Shown: positions 19,321-29,734 of the stretch, piece by piece
How the letters are laid out: every line of letters begins with the position of its first letter
Numbering within the stretch: position 1 is the first letter of the stretch
Assembly: GCA_963820525.1 (NCBI GenBank)
Contig: CAWGAA010000002.1
Location: 256,001-320,000, forward strand
Direction of reading: 5' to 3'
Length of the DNA: 64,000 nucleotides
Origin: an uncultured Spirochaetota bacterium
GTDB lineage: Bacteria > Spirochaetota > Spirochaetia > SZUA-6 > Fen-1364
Translations under genes and position numbers: made by a program
Notes under the pieces: model-generated
Database searches by the model: none
Told to the model about the DNA's origin: nothing
Seen by the model: the letters and a program-made list of their open reading frames with translations, nothing else

Positions 19321-20426
19321 GTGGAGAAGATAAAGTCAGCGGGTCGATGAACCAGATCTCCGTATCGGATCTGTCGAAAAGGGGCTACCAGCTTCTCAAG
19401 GAAGACCGGATCGCCGAGGCGGAAGAGTATTTCAGGAAGATTCTCGAGGTCGAGCCGACGAACAACTATGCGCTTGTCGGCCTGGGTGACGCGGCGAGGA
19501 AAAGGAAGTCTTTTCAGGAAGCCATCGGCTACTACGAGGAGTGCCTCGTCCATCACATCGGCAACAAGTACGCGCTGGTGGGGCTTGCGGACAGCTATCG
19601 CTCCCTCAAGCAGTTCCACAAGGCGATCGAGATATGGGAGAAATACCTGGCTCAGGGCGACAGCGACGTGACCGTGCTGACGCGCATCGCCGATGCGTAC
19701 CGCAAGGTGCTGGATTTTGCCCGCTCCAAGGAGATCTACCACAAGATTCTCGAGATCGACCCGGGAAACCCCTATGCGCTGACGGGATTGGGCTACCTGC
19801 ACTTCGATCTCAAGGAGTACAGGGAAGCTCTCACCTATTGGGAGAGGATGCACGACAAGGATCCGAAGAACATCTGGGTCCTCACCTCGATCGGCAACTG
19901 CTACCGCAAGCTGAAGACGTACGAGAAGGGCATTCCCTACTTCAAGAAGGCGCTGGAGATACAGTCCAACAACTTCTACGCGCTCTTCGGACTCGCCGAC
20001 TGCTACCGGGGGATGAACGACCCCCAGGAGTCGCTGTTCTATTGGCAGAAGATCCTCGCCTCGGACCCCGAGAACAAGGTGATCCTGACGCGCATCGGAG
20101 ACTCGTATCGCGCCATGGGCGAGCTGGATACTGCCAAGGAATACTACAGCAAGGCCTTGAACATCGAGTTCGACAGCTACGCCGTGCTCGGGCTTGCCCT
20201 GATCAACAAGGAGAAGGGCAACCACCTGGAGGCCATCGAGAGCCTCTCCGGGCTTTTGGCCAACGATCCGAAGAACCCCCGGCTCTACCTGGAGATCGCC
20301 CAGTCTTACCTCGCGCTCGAGAAGCGGGATAAAGCGCTGGAAGTGCTCACCAGGGCCGTGCGTCTGGGCGTCAAGAGCCTCGGCGTCGTAGAGCTTCTGG
20401 AGAAGCTGCAGAAGCAGCAGGCCTAG
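19317..20426 (+). CDS. Tetratricopeptide repeat protein
   Basis: Multiple tandem ~34-aa repeats (N.YAL.GLAD.YR....A...W.K.L). Confidence 0.92.
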   Translation: MSGEDKVSGSMNQISVSDLSKRGYQLLKEDRIAEAEEYFRKILEVEPTNNYALVGLGDAARKRKSFQEAIGYYEECLVHHIGNKYALVGLADSYRSLKQFHKAIEIWEKYLAQGDSDVTVLTRIADAYRKVLDFARSKEIYHKILEIDPGNPYALTGLGYLHFDLKEYREALTYWERMHDKDPKNIWVLTSIGNCYRKLKTYEKGIPYFKKALEIQSNNFYALFGLADCYRGMNDPQESLFYWQKILASDPENKVILTRIGDSYRAMGELDTAKEYYSKALNIEFDSYAVLGLALINKEKGNHLEAIESLSGLLANDPKNPRLYLEIAQSYLALEKRDKALEVLTRAVRLGVKSLGVVELLEKLQKQQA

Positions 20427-20494
20427 CCAGGGAGGGCGGAGGGGCGCGGAGCCAGGGATGGCGGCAGCGCCGCCGTGTGCTCGAAGCGCGCGTG

Positions 20495-22289
20495 CTATGA
20501 GCTTTCCAGAACCGCGCGGATTCGGCGGACTCCGGATGAAGACGACTGCTCTTTCTGGATCTTGAAACGCCCAAGGACGCCGGTCCTCTCGACGTGCGGG
20601 CCTCCGCAGACCTCTTTCGAGAAATCTCCGATGGAGTAGACCTTCACCTTCTCCTCGTACTTCTCGCCGAATAGGGCGATGGCTCCCCCTGACCTGGCTT
20701 CCTCCAGGGTCATGACGTCCATCCGCACGGGAAGGTCCCGAGAGATCTGCTCGTTCACGATCTCCTCCACGCGCTTGATCTCCTCCTCCGTCATCGGCTG
20801 CGGGTGAGAGAAGTCGAAGCGAAGGCGTTCCGTGGTGATGTTGGAGCCTTTCTGGGCCACGTGGGCGCCCAGCACGGTGCGAAGCGCCTGGTGAAGGAGG
20901 TGCGTCGCCGTGTGGAGGCGCGTCGTCATCTCGGAGTTGTCGGCAAGGCCGCCCTTGAAGGTCTTCTCGGCGCCTGCCTTGGAGAGCTCCTGGTGCTTCT
21001 CGAAGGCCTCGTCGAAGCCCTTCCTGTCCACGCCGAGCCCGTGTTCCCGGGCGAGCTCCTCCGTGATCTCCACGGGAAACCCGTAGGTATCGTAGAGCCT
21101 GAATGCAACCCTCCCCGGAATGACCTTGTGGGGATTCTTCAAGAGATTGGGGACGAGCTTCTCGAACTCGTGCTCGCCCTTTTTCAGCGTCTCGGAGAAC
21201 CTCTCCTCTTCGAGGCCCAGCTCGGAGGTGATGAGCTCGCTGCGGACGGCAAGCTCGGGGTAGACGTCCTTGTAGATGGCGATCACATCGCGGGCCAGAG
21301 CTTCCCAGGAAGGCCCCTTCCAGGGAGAGCTTGCGGCCGTGACGGATGCTGCGCCGGATGAGCCTGCGCAGGATGTAGCCCTGGCCCAGGTTCGACGGCT
21401 TCACCCCGCGGTCATCACCGAGGATGAAGGTGGCCGAGCGCACGTGATCCGTGATGATGCGGAAAGACGCGTCGGTCTCCCCGTCTTTTCCATACGACTT
21501 GCCGCAGATGTTCTGGAGGGCAGCGACGACGGGCTTGAAAAGCTCGGTCTCGAACACGGTCGCCTTGCCCTGCATCATGGCAATGGTCCGTTCGACCCCC
21601 ATGCCCGTGTCTACGGTCTTCTGCTCCAGAGGAAGGTACTTGCCTTCCGCGGTCTTGTTGTACTGCATGAAAACGTCATTCCAGACCTCGAAGTATTTCC
21701 CGCAGTTGCAGCCCGGTCTGCAGTCAGGACCGCAGGGCGGTTTGCCCGTATCGATGAACATCTCCGTGTCAGGGCCGCAGGGGCCGGTCTGCCCGGCCGG
21801 TCCCCACCAGTTGTCTTTTCGGGGAAGGAAGTAGATGCGGCTTTCAGGAATGCCGAGGGACTTCCAGATCTCGGCCGCCTCCGCGTCCGCGGGAACTTCC
21901 GAGTCTCCCGCAAAGACGGTGACGCTCAGCACGCCGGGGGAGAATCCGAGCCACGAGGGGGAGGTGAGAAACTCGTAGCTGAAAGCGATGGCTTCCTTCT
22001 TGAAGTAGTCTCCCAGAGACCAGTTGCCCAGCATCTCGAAAAAGGTGAGATGGGCAGTGTCGCCCACCTCCTCGATGTCGTCGGTGCGCATGCACTTCTG
22101 GCAATCCACCAGCCGCTTGCCCGCGGGATGCGGCTCGCCGAGGATATACGGCACCAGGGGATGCATGCCTGCCGTTGTGAAGAGGACGGTCGGGTCGTTT
22201 TCGGGGATCAAGGACTTTCCCGAGATCTCCGCGTGGCCCTTGGCCTTGAAGAATTCGATGTATTTGCGCCGAAGCTCGTTTCCCGTCAT
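20495..22289 (-). CDS. alaS: Alanine--tRNA ligase, short form without C-Ala; one-base frameshift at ~21300
   Basis: DPTVLFTTAGMHP, TFFEMLGNWS, DTGMGVER, DHVRSA, GYILRRLIRR; second frame F.LYDTYGFP, HTATHLL, EVCGGPHV, GVRRIRA. Confidence 0.93.
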
Positions 22290-22466
22290 GGCAGCTAAAG
22301 TACGTGCAGCGCACGAGAGTGTCAATCCAAGCCATGGACGGCGGAGCCCCGCGGAGACAGGGAGGTCGGAAGCGGGGGCCAAGCGTGGCTCACGAGAATG
22401 TGGCATCCAGCCTGAGGAAGTCCGCCGCCGTTTGCCTCGCCGGCCTTGAATATGGTACAAACCTGC

Positions 22467-23393
22467 ATGAAGAAGCAGACCCTCCTCATCCTCGCGAGCT
22501 ACCTCACGATCTATATCGTATGGGGCTCCACGTACTTCTTCATCAAACGCTCCGTGGAGACCATTCCGCCTTTCTACGTTCTGGCGGGACGCTGGACCGT
22601 GGGAGGCGCCCTGCTGCTCGGCTTCGGCTTTGTCCGCGGCGGTTTCACCTCCCTGCCGTCCCTGAAGGAAATCCTGTCAGCCCTGCTCCTGGGCTCGCTC
22701 CTCCTTCTGGCCGGAAACGGCTTGATAACGATCTGCGAGCAGAGGATCGACAGCTACATCGCCGCGCTCCTCGCCTCCGGCACCCCCATTCTGGTGGCTC
22801 TCTTCGACCGCGTCCTCGTTCGCCGGCGCCTGACGCTCGTTCGGATTCTCGGCGTCGCCGCCGGCTTTGCCGGAGTGGCGCTTCTTCTCTATGATGGGCG
22901 CTCCCTGGCCTCGAGCCTCAATCCGCCGGTGCTCGTCGGCCTCGCGGGCGTGCTCTCCTGGAGCCTCGCCACCAGCCTGGGCCACCGGTTTCCCACGGCC
23001 TCCGACAACACGATTCACAGCGGGATACAGATGCTTTTCGTCGGCCTCGTTTCCCTGGCGGGGAGTCTCCTCTTCGATGTGCATCCGCGGGAGTTTCTCG
23101 CCCACGTGTCGACGTCATCGCTCATCGGCGTGACATATCTGGCCATCATCGGGTCTCTCGCCTTTACCGCATACACGTATCTCATTTCCCATGAGCCGGC
23201 CGAGCGGGTCGTGAGCTATGCCGTGGTCAACCCTCTTATCGCGCTCTTCCTCGGCCTCGCGCTGGGAAGCGAATCTCCGACTCCGTTTCTCCCCTTCGGC
23301 GTGGCCTGTATCCTTCTGGGCCTTGCCTTCATGCTCTATGGGGAACGTATCCTGGCATGGATACGCAACAGAAGCGGGAAGAAGGGGGCATGA
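22467..23393 (+). CDS. EamA/DMT family transporter
   Basis: IYIVWGSTY, ~10 TM segments, GSLAFTAY, SYAVVNP. Confidence 0.88.
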   Translation: MKKQTLLILASYLTIYIVWGSTYFFIKRSVETIPPFYVLAGRWTVGGALLLGFGFVRGGFTSLPSLKEILSALLLGSLLLLAGNGLITICEQRIDSYIAALLASGTPILVALFDRVLVRRRLTLVRILGVAAGFAGVALLLYDGRSLASSLNPPVLVGLAGVLSWSLATSLGHRFPTASDNTIHSGIQMLFVGLVSLAGSLLFDVHPREFLAHVSTSSLIGVTYLAIIGSLAFTAYTYLISHEPAERVVSYAVVNPLIALFLGLALGSESPTPFLPFGVACILLGLAFMLYGERILAWIRNRSGKKGA

Positions 23394-23477
23394 CGGCTTT
23401 CACGACGGGCGCGCCGAAGCTCGCGTGAGCTTTCGCGATACCGGCCGCAGGCGGCGGCGCGGCTCCTCCGGCTCCTC

Positions 23478-23524
23478 TTGCCACAGGCATCTTTTTCCGC
23501 TATATTTCGTTAGTTCGCGAAATA
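23478..23524 (+). promoter_or_regulatory. Sigma-70 promoter with overlapping ArsR-type operator
   Basis: TTGCCA-N17-TATATT; inverted repeat TATTTCG-N8-CGAAATA (23503-23524) overlaps the -10 box. Confidence 0.7.
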
Positions 23525-23540
23525 AAGAAATAGGGGAGCT

Positions 23541-23846
23541 ATGATCGGCGAGGTTTTTCATGCGCTGAGCGATTCGACGCGCCGGGAGATTCTCCGGCTG
23601 CTGCGCTCCGATGACAAGACCGCGGGGGAGATCGCGGCGCGCTTTCGCCTCGCCAAGTCGACCCTCTCGGGGCATTTCAATGTGCTCAAGGCGGCCGGGC
23701 TGGTGCTGACGGAACGGCGAGGAACGACGATCGTCTACAGCCTCAATGTGTCGGCTGCCGAGGAGGTATTGACGGTGGTGATGGAGCTCCTGGGCGCCCG
23801 GGAAAAAGCGAAAGGAGAAAAAGTGAAGAAAGAGGCCGGTATATGA
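23541..23846 (+). CDS. sdpR: ArsR/SdpR family transcriptional repressor
   Basis: FHALSDSTRREILRLL, TAGEIA, TLSGHFNVLKAAGLV, IVYSLN; directly upstream of an SdpI-family gene. Confidence 0.82.
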   Translation: MIGEVFHALSDSTRREILRLLRSDDKTAGEIAARFRLAKSTLSGHFNVLKAAGLVLTERRGTTIVYSLNVSAAEEVLTVVMELLGAREKAKGEKVKKEAGI

Positions 23847-24508
23847 AGGTTTCGTGGAGGAGCGAGATCGCGCTGTTGGCCATCATCCTGGCAATGTTCG
23901 TCCTGGCGATCGCCGGCTGGTCTTCGGCACCCGAGCGCATCCCCATTCACTGGAACATCCAGGGACAGGTGGATCGCTACGCCGGCAAGGCCGTCGGCCT
24001 GCTCATGCCGCCTGCCGTCGCCCTGGCTCTCTATCTGCTTTTTCTCATCGTCCCCAGAATCGATCCATTCAAGGCGAGCTATCCTTCATTCACAGGGGCA
24101 TACAATGCGGTGCGCCTGTCGGTAATCTCCCTACTGGCGGTTCTCTCCGGCGTGACCCACCTCTGGGTCCACGGCCGCCCTATAGCGATGTCGACCGTCT
24201 TCCCCCTGCTCTTCGGAGGGTTGTTCATTATCATGGGAAACTATCTGGGCAAGCTGAGGCCCAACTGGTTCATCGGAATCCGCACGCCGTGGACCCTCAC
24301 CAGCCGGACCGCCTGGGCGAAAACTCATCGGCTGGGGGGCTGGCTTTTCATTGCGACCGGCCTGATCTCGATCCTGGCCGATGTCCTTTTCAACAGATGG
24401 GCCTACTACTTTCTGCTCGCGTCCGTGACAGCGAGCGCGATTGTGAGCTTTCTCTACTCGTATCTTGTCTGGAGGAAAGCGCCTGACAGGAAGGCTCGGG
24501 ATGCCTGA
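23843..24508 (+). CDS. sdpI: SdpI family immunity membrane protein (DUF1648 + SdpI)
   Basis: PERIPIHWNIQGQVD and PNWFIGIRTPWTL....W.KTHRLGG. Confidence 0.88.
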   Translation: MKVSWRSEIALLAIILAMFVLAIAGWSSAPERIPIHWNIQGQVDRYAGKAVGLLMPPAVALALYLLFLIVPRIDPFKASYPSFTGAYNAVRLSVISLLAVLSGVTHLWVHGRPIAMSTVFPLLFGGLFIIMGNYLGKLRPNWFIGIRTPWTLTSRTAWAKTHRLGGWLFIATGLISILADVLFNRWAYYFLLASVTASAIVSFLYSYLVWRKAPDRKARDA

Positions 24509-24803
24509 CCAATTCTACACCGTCCGCGAACGGGACATCCTCCTGCGCGTGAAGGCGAAGCCGGGAGCCCGCGAAGACAGGGTGGTGGGCGTTCGAGCGG
24601 GTGAGCTTCTGGTGAGCGTTCGCGCCGTGGCGGAGAAGGGCAAGGCAAATGAAGCTCTCCTTCGGGTTCTCTCCCGTTTCCTTGGAGTTTCGAAAAACGA
24701 TGTGGTCTTGAAAACGGGGGTGGGCTCATCGCGGAAGCTCTTCACGACGCCCCTTTCAACGCAGGGAGTCTTGAAAGGGTTCGATAGGGAGGCGAGGGGA
24801 TGA
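24501..24803 (+). CDS. yggU: DUF167/YggU family protein
   Basis: LRVKAKPGARE, AEKGKANEALL, G..SRK. Confidence 0.8.
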   Translation: MPDQFYTVRERDILLRVKAKPGAREDRVVGVRAGELLVSVRAVAEKGKANEALLRVLSRFLGVSKNDVVLKTGVGSSRKLFTTPLSTQGVLKGFDREARG

Positions 24804-25543
24804 TTCGGCTGGAGAAGCTGTCGAAAAGCTACAACAAGGGTCAGCTCAAGGCGGTCAAAGATCTCACCCTGGAGGTGGGGAAAGGGGAGCTTTTCGGATT
24901 CCTGGGGCCAAACGGCGCCGGAAAGACCACGACCATCAAGATGCTGGTGGGGCTTCTCAAGCCGGACGCGGGACGGGCGCTTATCGGCGGGATCGACGTC
25001 CGCCGTGACCCCCTGTCCGCCAAGCGAATCATGGGCTACTGCCCGGATGAGCCGGCCCTGTACGAGAAGATGACGGGTGCCCGCTTCCTCTCTTTCATTG
25101 CCGATGTGTTCGGCATGACCGAGGCCGAGCGGTCTTCCGCAATTGAAAGCCTTTCTGAGACTTTCGAGATGAAGGAGGGGCTGCGGGAAGTGGTGTCCAC
25201 CTACTCCCATGGCATGCGTCAGAAGCTCTCTCTCATTGCCGCCTTGATGCATGGCCCCCAGGTGCTCGTCCTCGACGAGCCGATCGTCGGGCTGGATCCG
25301 CGCGCCGCATTTGCCCTCAAGGAGAGGATGAAGGAGTTCTGCAGGAGCGGGGGGACCGTCTTTTTCTCCACGCATATCATGGAGATCGCGGAAAGGCTCT
25401 GCGATCGGGTGGGCATCATCGCCCGCGGCGAGCTCGTTGCGGCGGCTCCGCTGGAGGAGCTCCGCGAAAGAGCGGGAGAGTCCGCTGCCACCCTCGAGAA
25501 GCTGTTCCTGGAGATGACGGATGAAAGCGTTCACTCTCGCTAG
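24800..25543 (+). CDS. ABC-2 type exporter ATP-binding protein
   Basis: GPNGAGKTT, YSHGMRQK, LDEPIVGLDP, STHIMEIAE. Confidence 0.92.
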   Translation: MIRLEKLSKSYNKGQLKAVKDLTLEVGKGELFGFLGPNGAGKTTTIKMLVGLLKPDAGRALIGGIDVRRDPLSAKRIMGYCPDEPALYEKMTGARFLSFIADVFGMTEAERSSAIESLSETFEMKEGLREVVSTYSHGMRQKLSLIAALMHGPQVLVLDEPIVGLDPRAAFALKERMKEFCRSGGTVFFSTHIMEIAERLCDRVGIIARGELVAAAPLEELRERAGESAATLEKLFLEMTDESVHSR

Positions 25544-27185
25544 GGCCGCCGTCCGGGGCACCACGTGGCTTTCCACCGAAGGCGTTCGGGAGCTTACCCG
25601 AAGGGGGAGAGTGTGGGTTCTGCTCCTGGCGGCATTCGGGATTCTTATCGGCCTCGGGATATTCCTGGCTTTCATCGTCACCTCTTACAGCGGGCTTTTT
25701 TCCCTCGGGATTTCGAGCGGGCATCCCGAGCTGCTCTTTTTCTACGCGGTCTTTGCAAGCTGGATACTCCTCTTTTTAAGCGCGCTCCCCCTGGCCTTGT
25801 CCCTTCTCTACTACTCGCAGGATACACGGCTTCTGCTGACTCTTCCCCTGCGGCCGCGCCGGATCATCGCTGCCAAGGCGGCGATCCTGTATCTCTCCTG
25901 CCTGCCGGTCAACCTCCTGCTGCTCGCTCCGGCCCTGTGCATCTACGCGCTTCGCTTCGGTCTTTCGGCTCCCGTCGTCTCCGCGGGCATCATTCACCTC
26001 TTCTTCTCCCCGCTCTTTCCCCTCGCCCTGGCAGGCATGGTGGTCCTGGTCCTGATGAAGCTCGTCAACCTCTCCCGATACCGTCTCGCCCTCGAGGTGG
26101 CAGGCATGGCTGTGAGTGTCGTGCTCGTGATCGGCATCCAGGTCTTCATATCGCGCACAATGTCCGGCGCGCTCATGCACGGAACCTTCGACAGCCTTCG
26201 ATCCCTGCCGGATTTCTACTCCCCGCTTGCGCGGGCCCTTCCGCCCGTGGCGTGGGCGGCGGAGGGATTCCTCCACGGCGGGCTGTGGCGCGACCTTCTT
26301 TCCCTCGTCACGACGTCAGCCGCATCGGGTGCGGTCTTACTTCTTGCCCCCATCAACTTCGTGAGCGACGTTTCACAAAGGGGCGAGGCAGGGGGCCCGA
26401 GGAGGTTCGCGGGGGAGGCCGACATCGGCAGGATGGTCCGCCGCCGCTCCGTCCGGCGGAGCCTGGTCCGCCGGGAATGGGCGGTCCTCGCTTCCCATTC
26501 GAGCTTTCTCTTCGAGGCGGCAGCCGAGCTTCTCGTGCTCCCGCTCCTTCTCGCCGTATACGGCCTCGTCTTGCCCAAGGAACTCCTCGGGCAGGCCCTG
26601 GCCTTCATCAATGCCTCCCCGTTGATGGGTCTCATTCTCATGGGGGTGCTCGCCCTCATGACCAACCTCACGGCGCTCTCCTCGACGAGCATTTCGCGTG
26701 AAGGCAGGCTCTTTTCCCTCAGTCTCACGATCCCTGTTTCCGGCCGTGAGCAGCTCAAGGCGAAGCTCGCGCTCCACCTGATGATGTTCCTTCCCGCATA
26801 CCTTCTCGATCTGGCGATCGTCTTCATCCTTTTCCACCTGCAGCCGCGAATGCTTCTCTTCCTGATCCCGGCGGGGCCGATTTTCCAGCTCTTCGGCTTC
26901 TCCTCCTGCATTTTCTTCGATCTGAAAAGGCCCCACCTGAAGTGGGCGCACCCCAGACAGGCGATGAAACAGAACCTGAACGGCGCGGCGGGGATGATCG
27001 GAACCGCCGGCCTGATCGCGGCCCTCGCCATGCCCACCGCAGTGCTCTTGATTCGCGGGGTGGATCCTTTCCTTGTTGGCTGCCTGATGCCCATTGTTCC
27101 GCTGGCCCTGGATGTGATCCTCATCCCCCGCCTGTTTGCCTTCGCAGACAGGCAGTATGGCGGGGGCCTGGAGCTGGAAGCATGA
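25521..27185 (+). CDS. ABC-2 type exporter permease
   Basis: Many TM segments; LLLTLPL...I..AK, SISREG, P.LKW..P.QAMKQN motifs. Confidence 0.82.
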   Translation: MKAFTLARAAVRGTTWLSTEGVRELTRRGRVWVLLLAAFGILIGLGIFLAFIVTSYSGLFSLGISSGHPELLFFYAVFASWILLFLSALPLALSLLYYSQDTRLLLTLPLRPRRIIAAKAAILYLSCLPVNLLLLAPALCIYALRFGLSAPVVSAGIIHLFFSPLFPLALAGMVVLVLMKLVNLSRYRLALEVAGMAVSVVLVIGIQVFISRTMSGALMHGTFDSLRSLPDFYSPLARALPPVAWAAEGFLHGGLWRDLLSLVTTSAASGAVLLLAPINFVSDVSQRGEAGGPRRFAGEADIGRMVRRRSVRRSLVRREWAVLASHSSFLFEAAAELLVLPLLLAVYGLVLPKELLGQALAFINASPLMGLILMGVLALMTNLTALSSTSISREGRLFSLSLTIPVSGREQLKAKLALHLMMFLPAYLLDLAIVFILFHLQPRMLLFLIPAGPIFQLFGFSSCIFFDLKRPHLKWAHPRQAMKQNLNGAAGMIGTAGLIAALAMPTAVLLIRGVDPFLVGCLMPIVPLALDVILIPRLFAFADRQYGGGLELEA

Positions 27186-28753
27186 GCGCTCCGCGCGAGG
27201 AATGTCCCAGGATCGAGGATTCCTCGGAAATCCGCTCCGCCTACGGGAGGTATCTCAGGGACGAGTCGAGCCTCAGCGGCGGACTGCCGCAAAGGATCTA
27301 CCTGCCTGATTCGATCGGACAGCTTCTGGCCGCGGTGCGGGAAGTCCGCCGGAGGGGCGAGCGGCTCACGGTGAGCGGGGCGCGAACCGGCATCGTGGGA
27401 GGCGCGGTCCCCCAGGACGGAGACAACCTCCTGACGATGGAGAAGATGCGGGGCGAGCCGAAGGTGATGTGGTCGGAGGCCTGCAAACGATGGTCGATCA
27501 CGGTCCCCCCTTCGCTGACCCTGGAGGGACTGAAGGCCGTCCTGGAAACGCGGAGGTATTCCAGCATTGGAGATCCTCCCCGGGACCTTTTCTATCCCGT
27601 GGATCCCACTGAATCGGCAGCGAGCCTTGGCGGGAATGTCGCTACCAATGCCAGCGGAGCCCGAAGCCTTTACTATGGGCCGACCCGCCGCTGGGTAGGC
27701 GGCCTCACGGTGGTGCTCGCCGATGGGGCGGTGGCTCGGCTGCGCCGAGGCGAAGGGGGAGCGAGCGCCGGGCTGCTGACGTTCGAAGCTAGAGACGATG
27801 AAAGCTCCGGCCCGGTCGGCGTCAGGCTGCCCCGGGTCACGCTTCCCATGACCAAGCACGCCGCGGGCTATCATGTAAGCCCGGGCATGGAACCCGTGGA
27901 TCTTTTCATCGGGGCAGAAGGTACGCTGGGCATCGTTGCCGAAATCGAGATTGCGCTGGCCCGAATGCCCGGCGTCACGATCGGGGTGTGCGCTTTTCTG
28001 CACGAGGCGGAGACCTTTCTCGACCTTTTGGCGCATGTGAAGGAGATCCGCGATCTTCGTCCGACGGCGCTTGAGTACATGGATGGAAACTCCCTGCGGC
28101 TCCTGGCCGACTATCGCGGGGAAGCGGGAGAGTCCAGCGGCGTACCGAACTTCCCGCAGGGCAAGGAGGCCATGCTGTACGTCGAGGCAGGATGCGCGGA
28201 TGAGAAGGAGGCCGACTCCGTTCTGGAGCGGGTGTCGCATGTTCTGGAAAGCCTCGGCATTCCCGAGGACTGCACCTGGGCGGGCGTGAGCCCCGAGGAT
28301 CTGGAGAGGATGCGGAAGTTCCGCCATGCCCTGCCGGAGCGGGTCAACTCAATCGTCGCAGGGAGCGCGGCAGCGGTCACGGGCCTTGCCAAGCTCGCCA
28401 CCGATCTCGCGGTTCCCGAGGCGGCCTTGGCCGTCATGATGGGGGAGTACAGAAGAGAGCTGGGAGAAAGCATGCTTCCGCACGTGATGTTCGGTCACGT
28501 CGGCGACTCCCATATCCATATGAACATCCTTCCCCGTACGCTCGAGGACATGGAGCGGGGGCGGAAGATGTGCGTCAGCCTCGCTCGGCGGGCGGTCGAG
28601 CTTGGCGGAAGCGTTTCAGCCGAGCATGGCATCGGCAAGCTGAAAAAGCACCTCCTGGAAATCCAGTTCCCGCCCGCCGAGCTCGAGGGCTTGAAGTCGA
28701 TCAAGAGGCAGCTGGATCCGCACGGAGTCCTCAATCCCGGAGTCATGTGGTAG
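27182..28753 (+). CDS. FAD-binding oxidoreductase (GlcD/D-lactate dehydrogenase family)
   Basis: SGARTGIVGGAVP, ASLGGNVATNASGA, LFIGAEGTLG, FGHVGDSHIH, SAEHGIGK, LDPHGVLNPG. Confidence 0.88.
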   Translation: MSAPREECPRIEDSSEIRSAYGRYLRDESSLSGGLPQRIYLPDSIGQLLAAVREVRRRGERLTVSGARTGIVGGAVPQDGDNLLTMEKMRGEPKVMWSEACKRWSITVPPSLTLEGLKAVLETRRYSSIGDPPRDLFYPVDPTESAASLGGNVATNASGARSLYYGPTRRWVGGLTVVLADGAVARLRRGEGGASAGLLTFEARDDESSGPVGVRLPRVTLPMTKHAAGYHVSPGMEPVDLFIGAEGTLGIVAEIEIALARMPGVTIGVCAFLHEAETFLDLLAHVKEIRDLRPTALEYMDGNSLRLLADYRGEAGESSGVPNFPQGKEAMLYVEAGCADEKEADSVLERVSHVLESLGIPEDCTWAGVSPEDLERMRKFRHALPERVNSIVAGSAAAVTGLAKLATDLAVPEAALAVMMGEYRRELGESMLPHVMFGHVGDSHIHMNILPRTLEDMERGRKMCVSLARRAVELGGSVSAEHGIGKLKKHLLEIQFPPAELEGLKSIKRQLDPHGVLNPGVMW

Positions 28754-28865
28754 GGCAAATGCCTGGTTTTTTGCTAAACTTGTTTTTTTTCATTTCTATG
28801 ATATAATCCTGGAAGATACGGCAGAAGGTTTTTCATTCATCAACCTATTCAGAAGGAGGAAGTCT

Positions 28866-29702
28866 ATGAAGAAGATTATATGTCTTCTAATGCTTGCCGC
28901 AGCGCTTCTTTTTGTTTTTTCGTGCCAACCGGTGAATGAACCCGATCCCTACGCAGCACCGGAGGTCAAGACCGCGGCCGATCTTCCTGATAGTGGCGCA
29001 ACGAGCAGTCCTTCGGGTCCTACGGCTGAAGCCGATGCGATAGCGCTTTATTCTTCGGCACTTCAAGCGTTTGGCAGCGCTATGATGGCACAGTCCGGCG
29101 TTTCAGGGAATGTTAAAGGCACAACGCCTATCCCGGACCTCCCTGGAGACATTAGCTGGATCGGTGAATATGGCGGCGGCACAATCAGTGTCACAGGAAA
29201 TATAAGCGGAACCATGACTTCACCCGACTCCCCTCCTACTGTTCCTGGAACATATGATGATCTCTACAGTATGGTAATGCATATGCTGGTGAACGGAACT
29301 ATCACCGGCGTTACATTTGACGGAGTCGAACCTGATAAGCATACTTATAAAATCAGCGGTGACGTGTATGAGAAGATAGACATGGATTGTGGCGTGAATG
29401 TGACCATTACTACTTCATCCGCCTCTATGACCTTGGATCTTTCTATTGGCATGGCTTACGGAGTCGCACTCTCCATTTATAGGGACGACGATTTTGGAGC
29501 AAAGTTTGTGATCACCTTCGGTGGGACAATAGACGCCAATAACCTTTCCCTGGATGACATTGCGGCCCTCATGACAACACTTGGAGACCAATTGAAGAAC
29601 AAAGAAGCCACTCTGAAGGTGTATGGCGATGATGACAAGCTGATCTGCTCCGCAACCCTCACTCTGGATCAGTTGGTGGGACAGATCGGGGGTGGAATGT
29701 AG
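28866..29702 (+). CDS. Hypothetical lipoprotein
   Basis: MKK-hydrophobic-FVFS|C lipobox; RBS AAGGAGG; extended -10 TGaTATAAT at 28799-28807; visibly lower GC than neighbours. Confidence 0.8.
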   Translation: MKKIICLLMLAAALLFVFSCQPVNEPDPYAAPEVKTAADLPDSGATSSPSGPTAEADAIALYSSALQAFGSAMMAQSGVSGNVKGTTPIPDLPGDISWIGEYGGGTISVTGNISGTMTSPDSPPTVPGTYDDLYSMVMHMLVNGTITGVTFDGVEPDKHTYKISGDVYEKIDMDCGVNVTITTSSASMTLDLSIGMAYGVALSIYRDDDFGAKFVITFGGTIDANNLSLDDIAALMTTLGDQLKNKEATLKVYGDDDKLICSATLTLDQLVGQIGGGM

Positions 29703-29734
29703 TCCAAGCGGCGCTTATCAAGCCGTATCCGTGA

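Noticed and set aside
18900..19330. Locally AT-richer segment between hisB and the TPR gene
   Set aside because: The ORF is coupled to the TPR gene and there are no mobility signatures, so evidence for foreign origin is insufficient.
19206..22460. Apparent 1084-aa AlaRS with a novel C-terminal extension
   Set aside because: Artefact of the frameshift at ~21300; the true C-terminus lies in the 20495-21286 frame.
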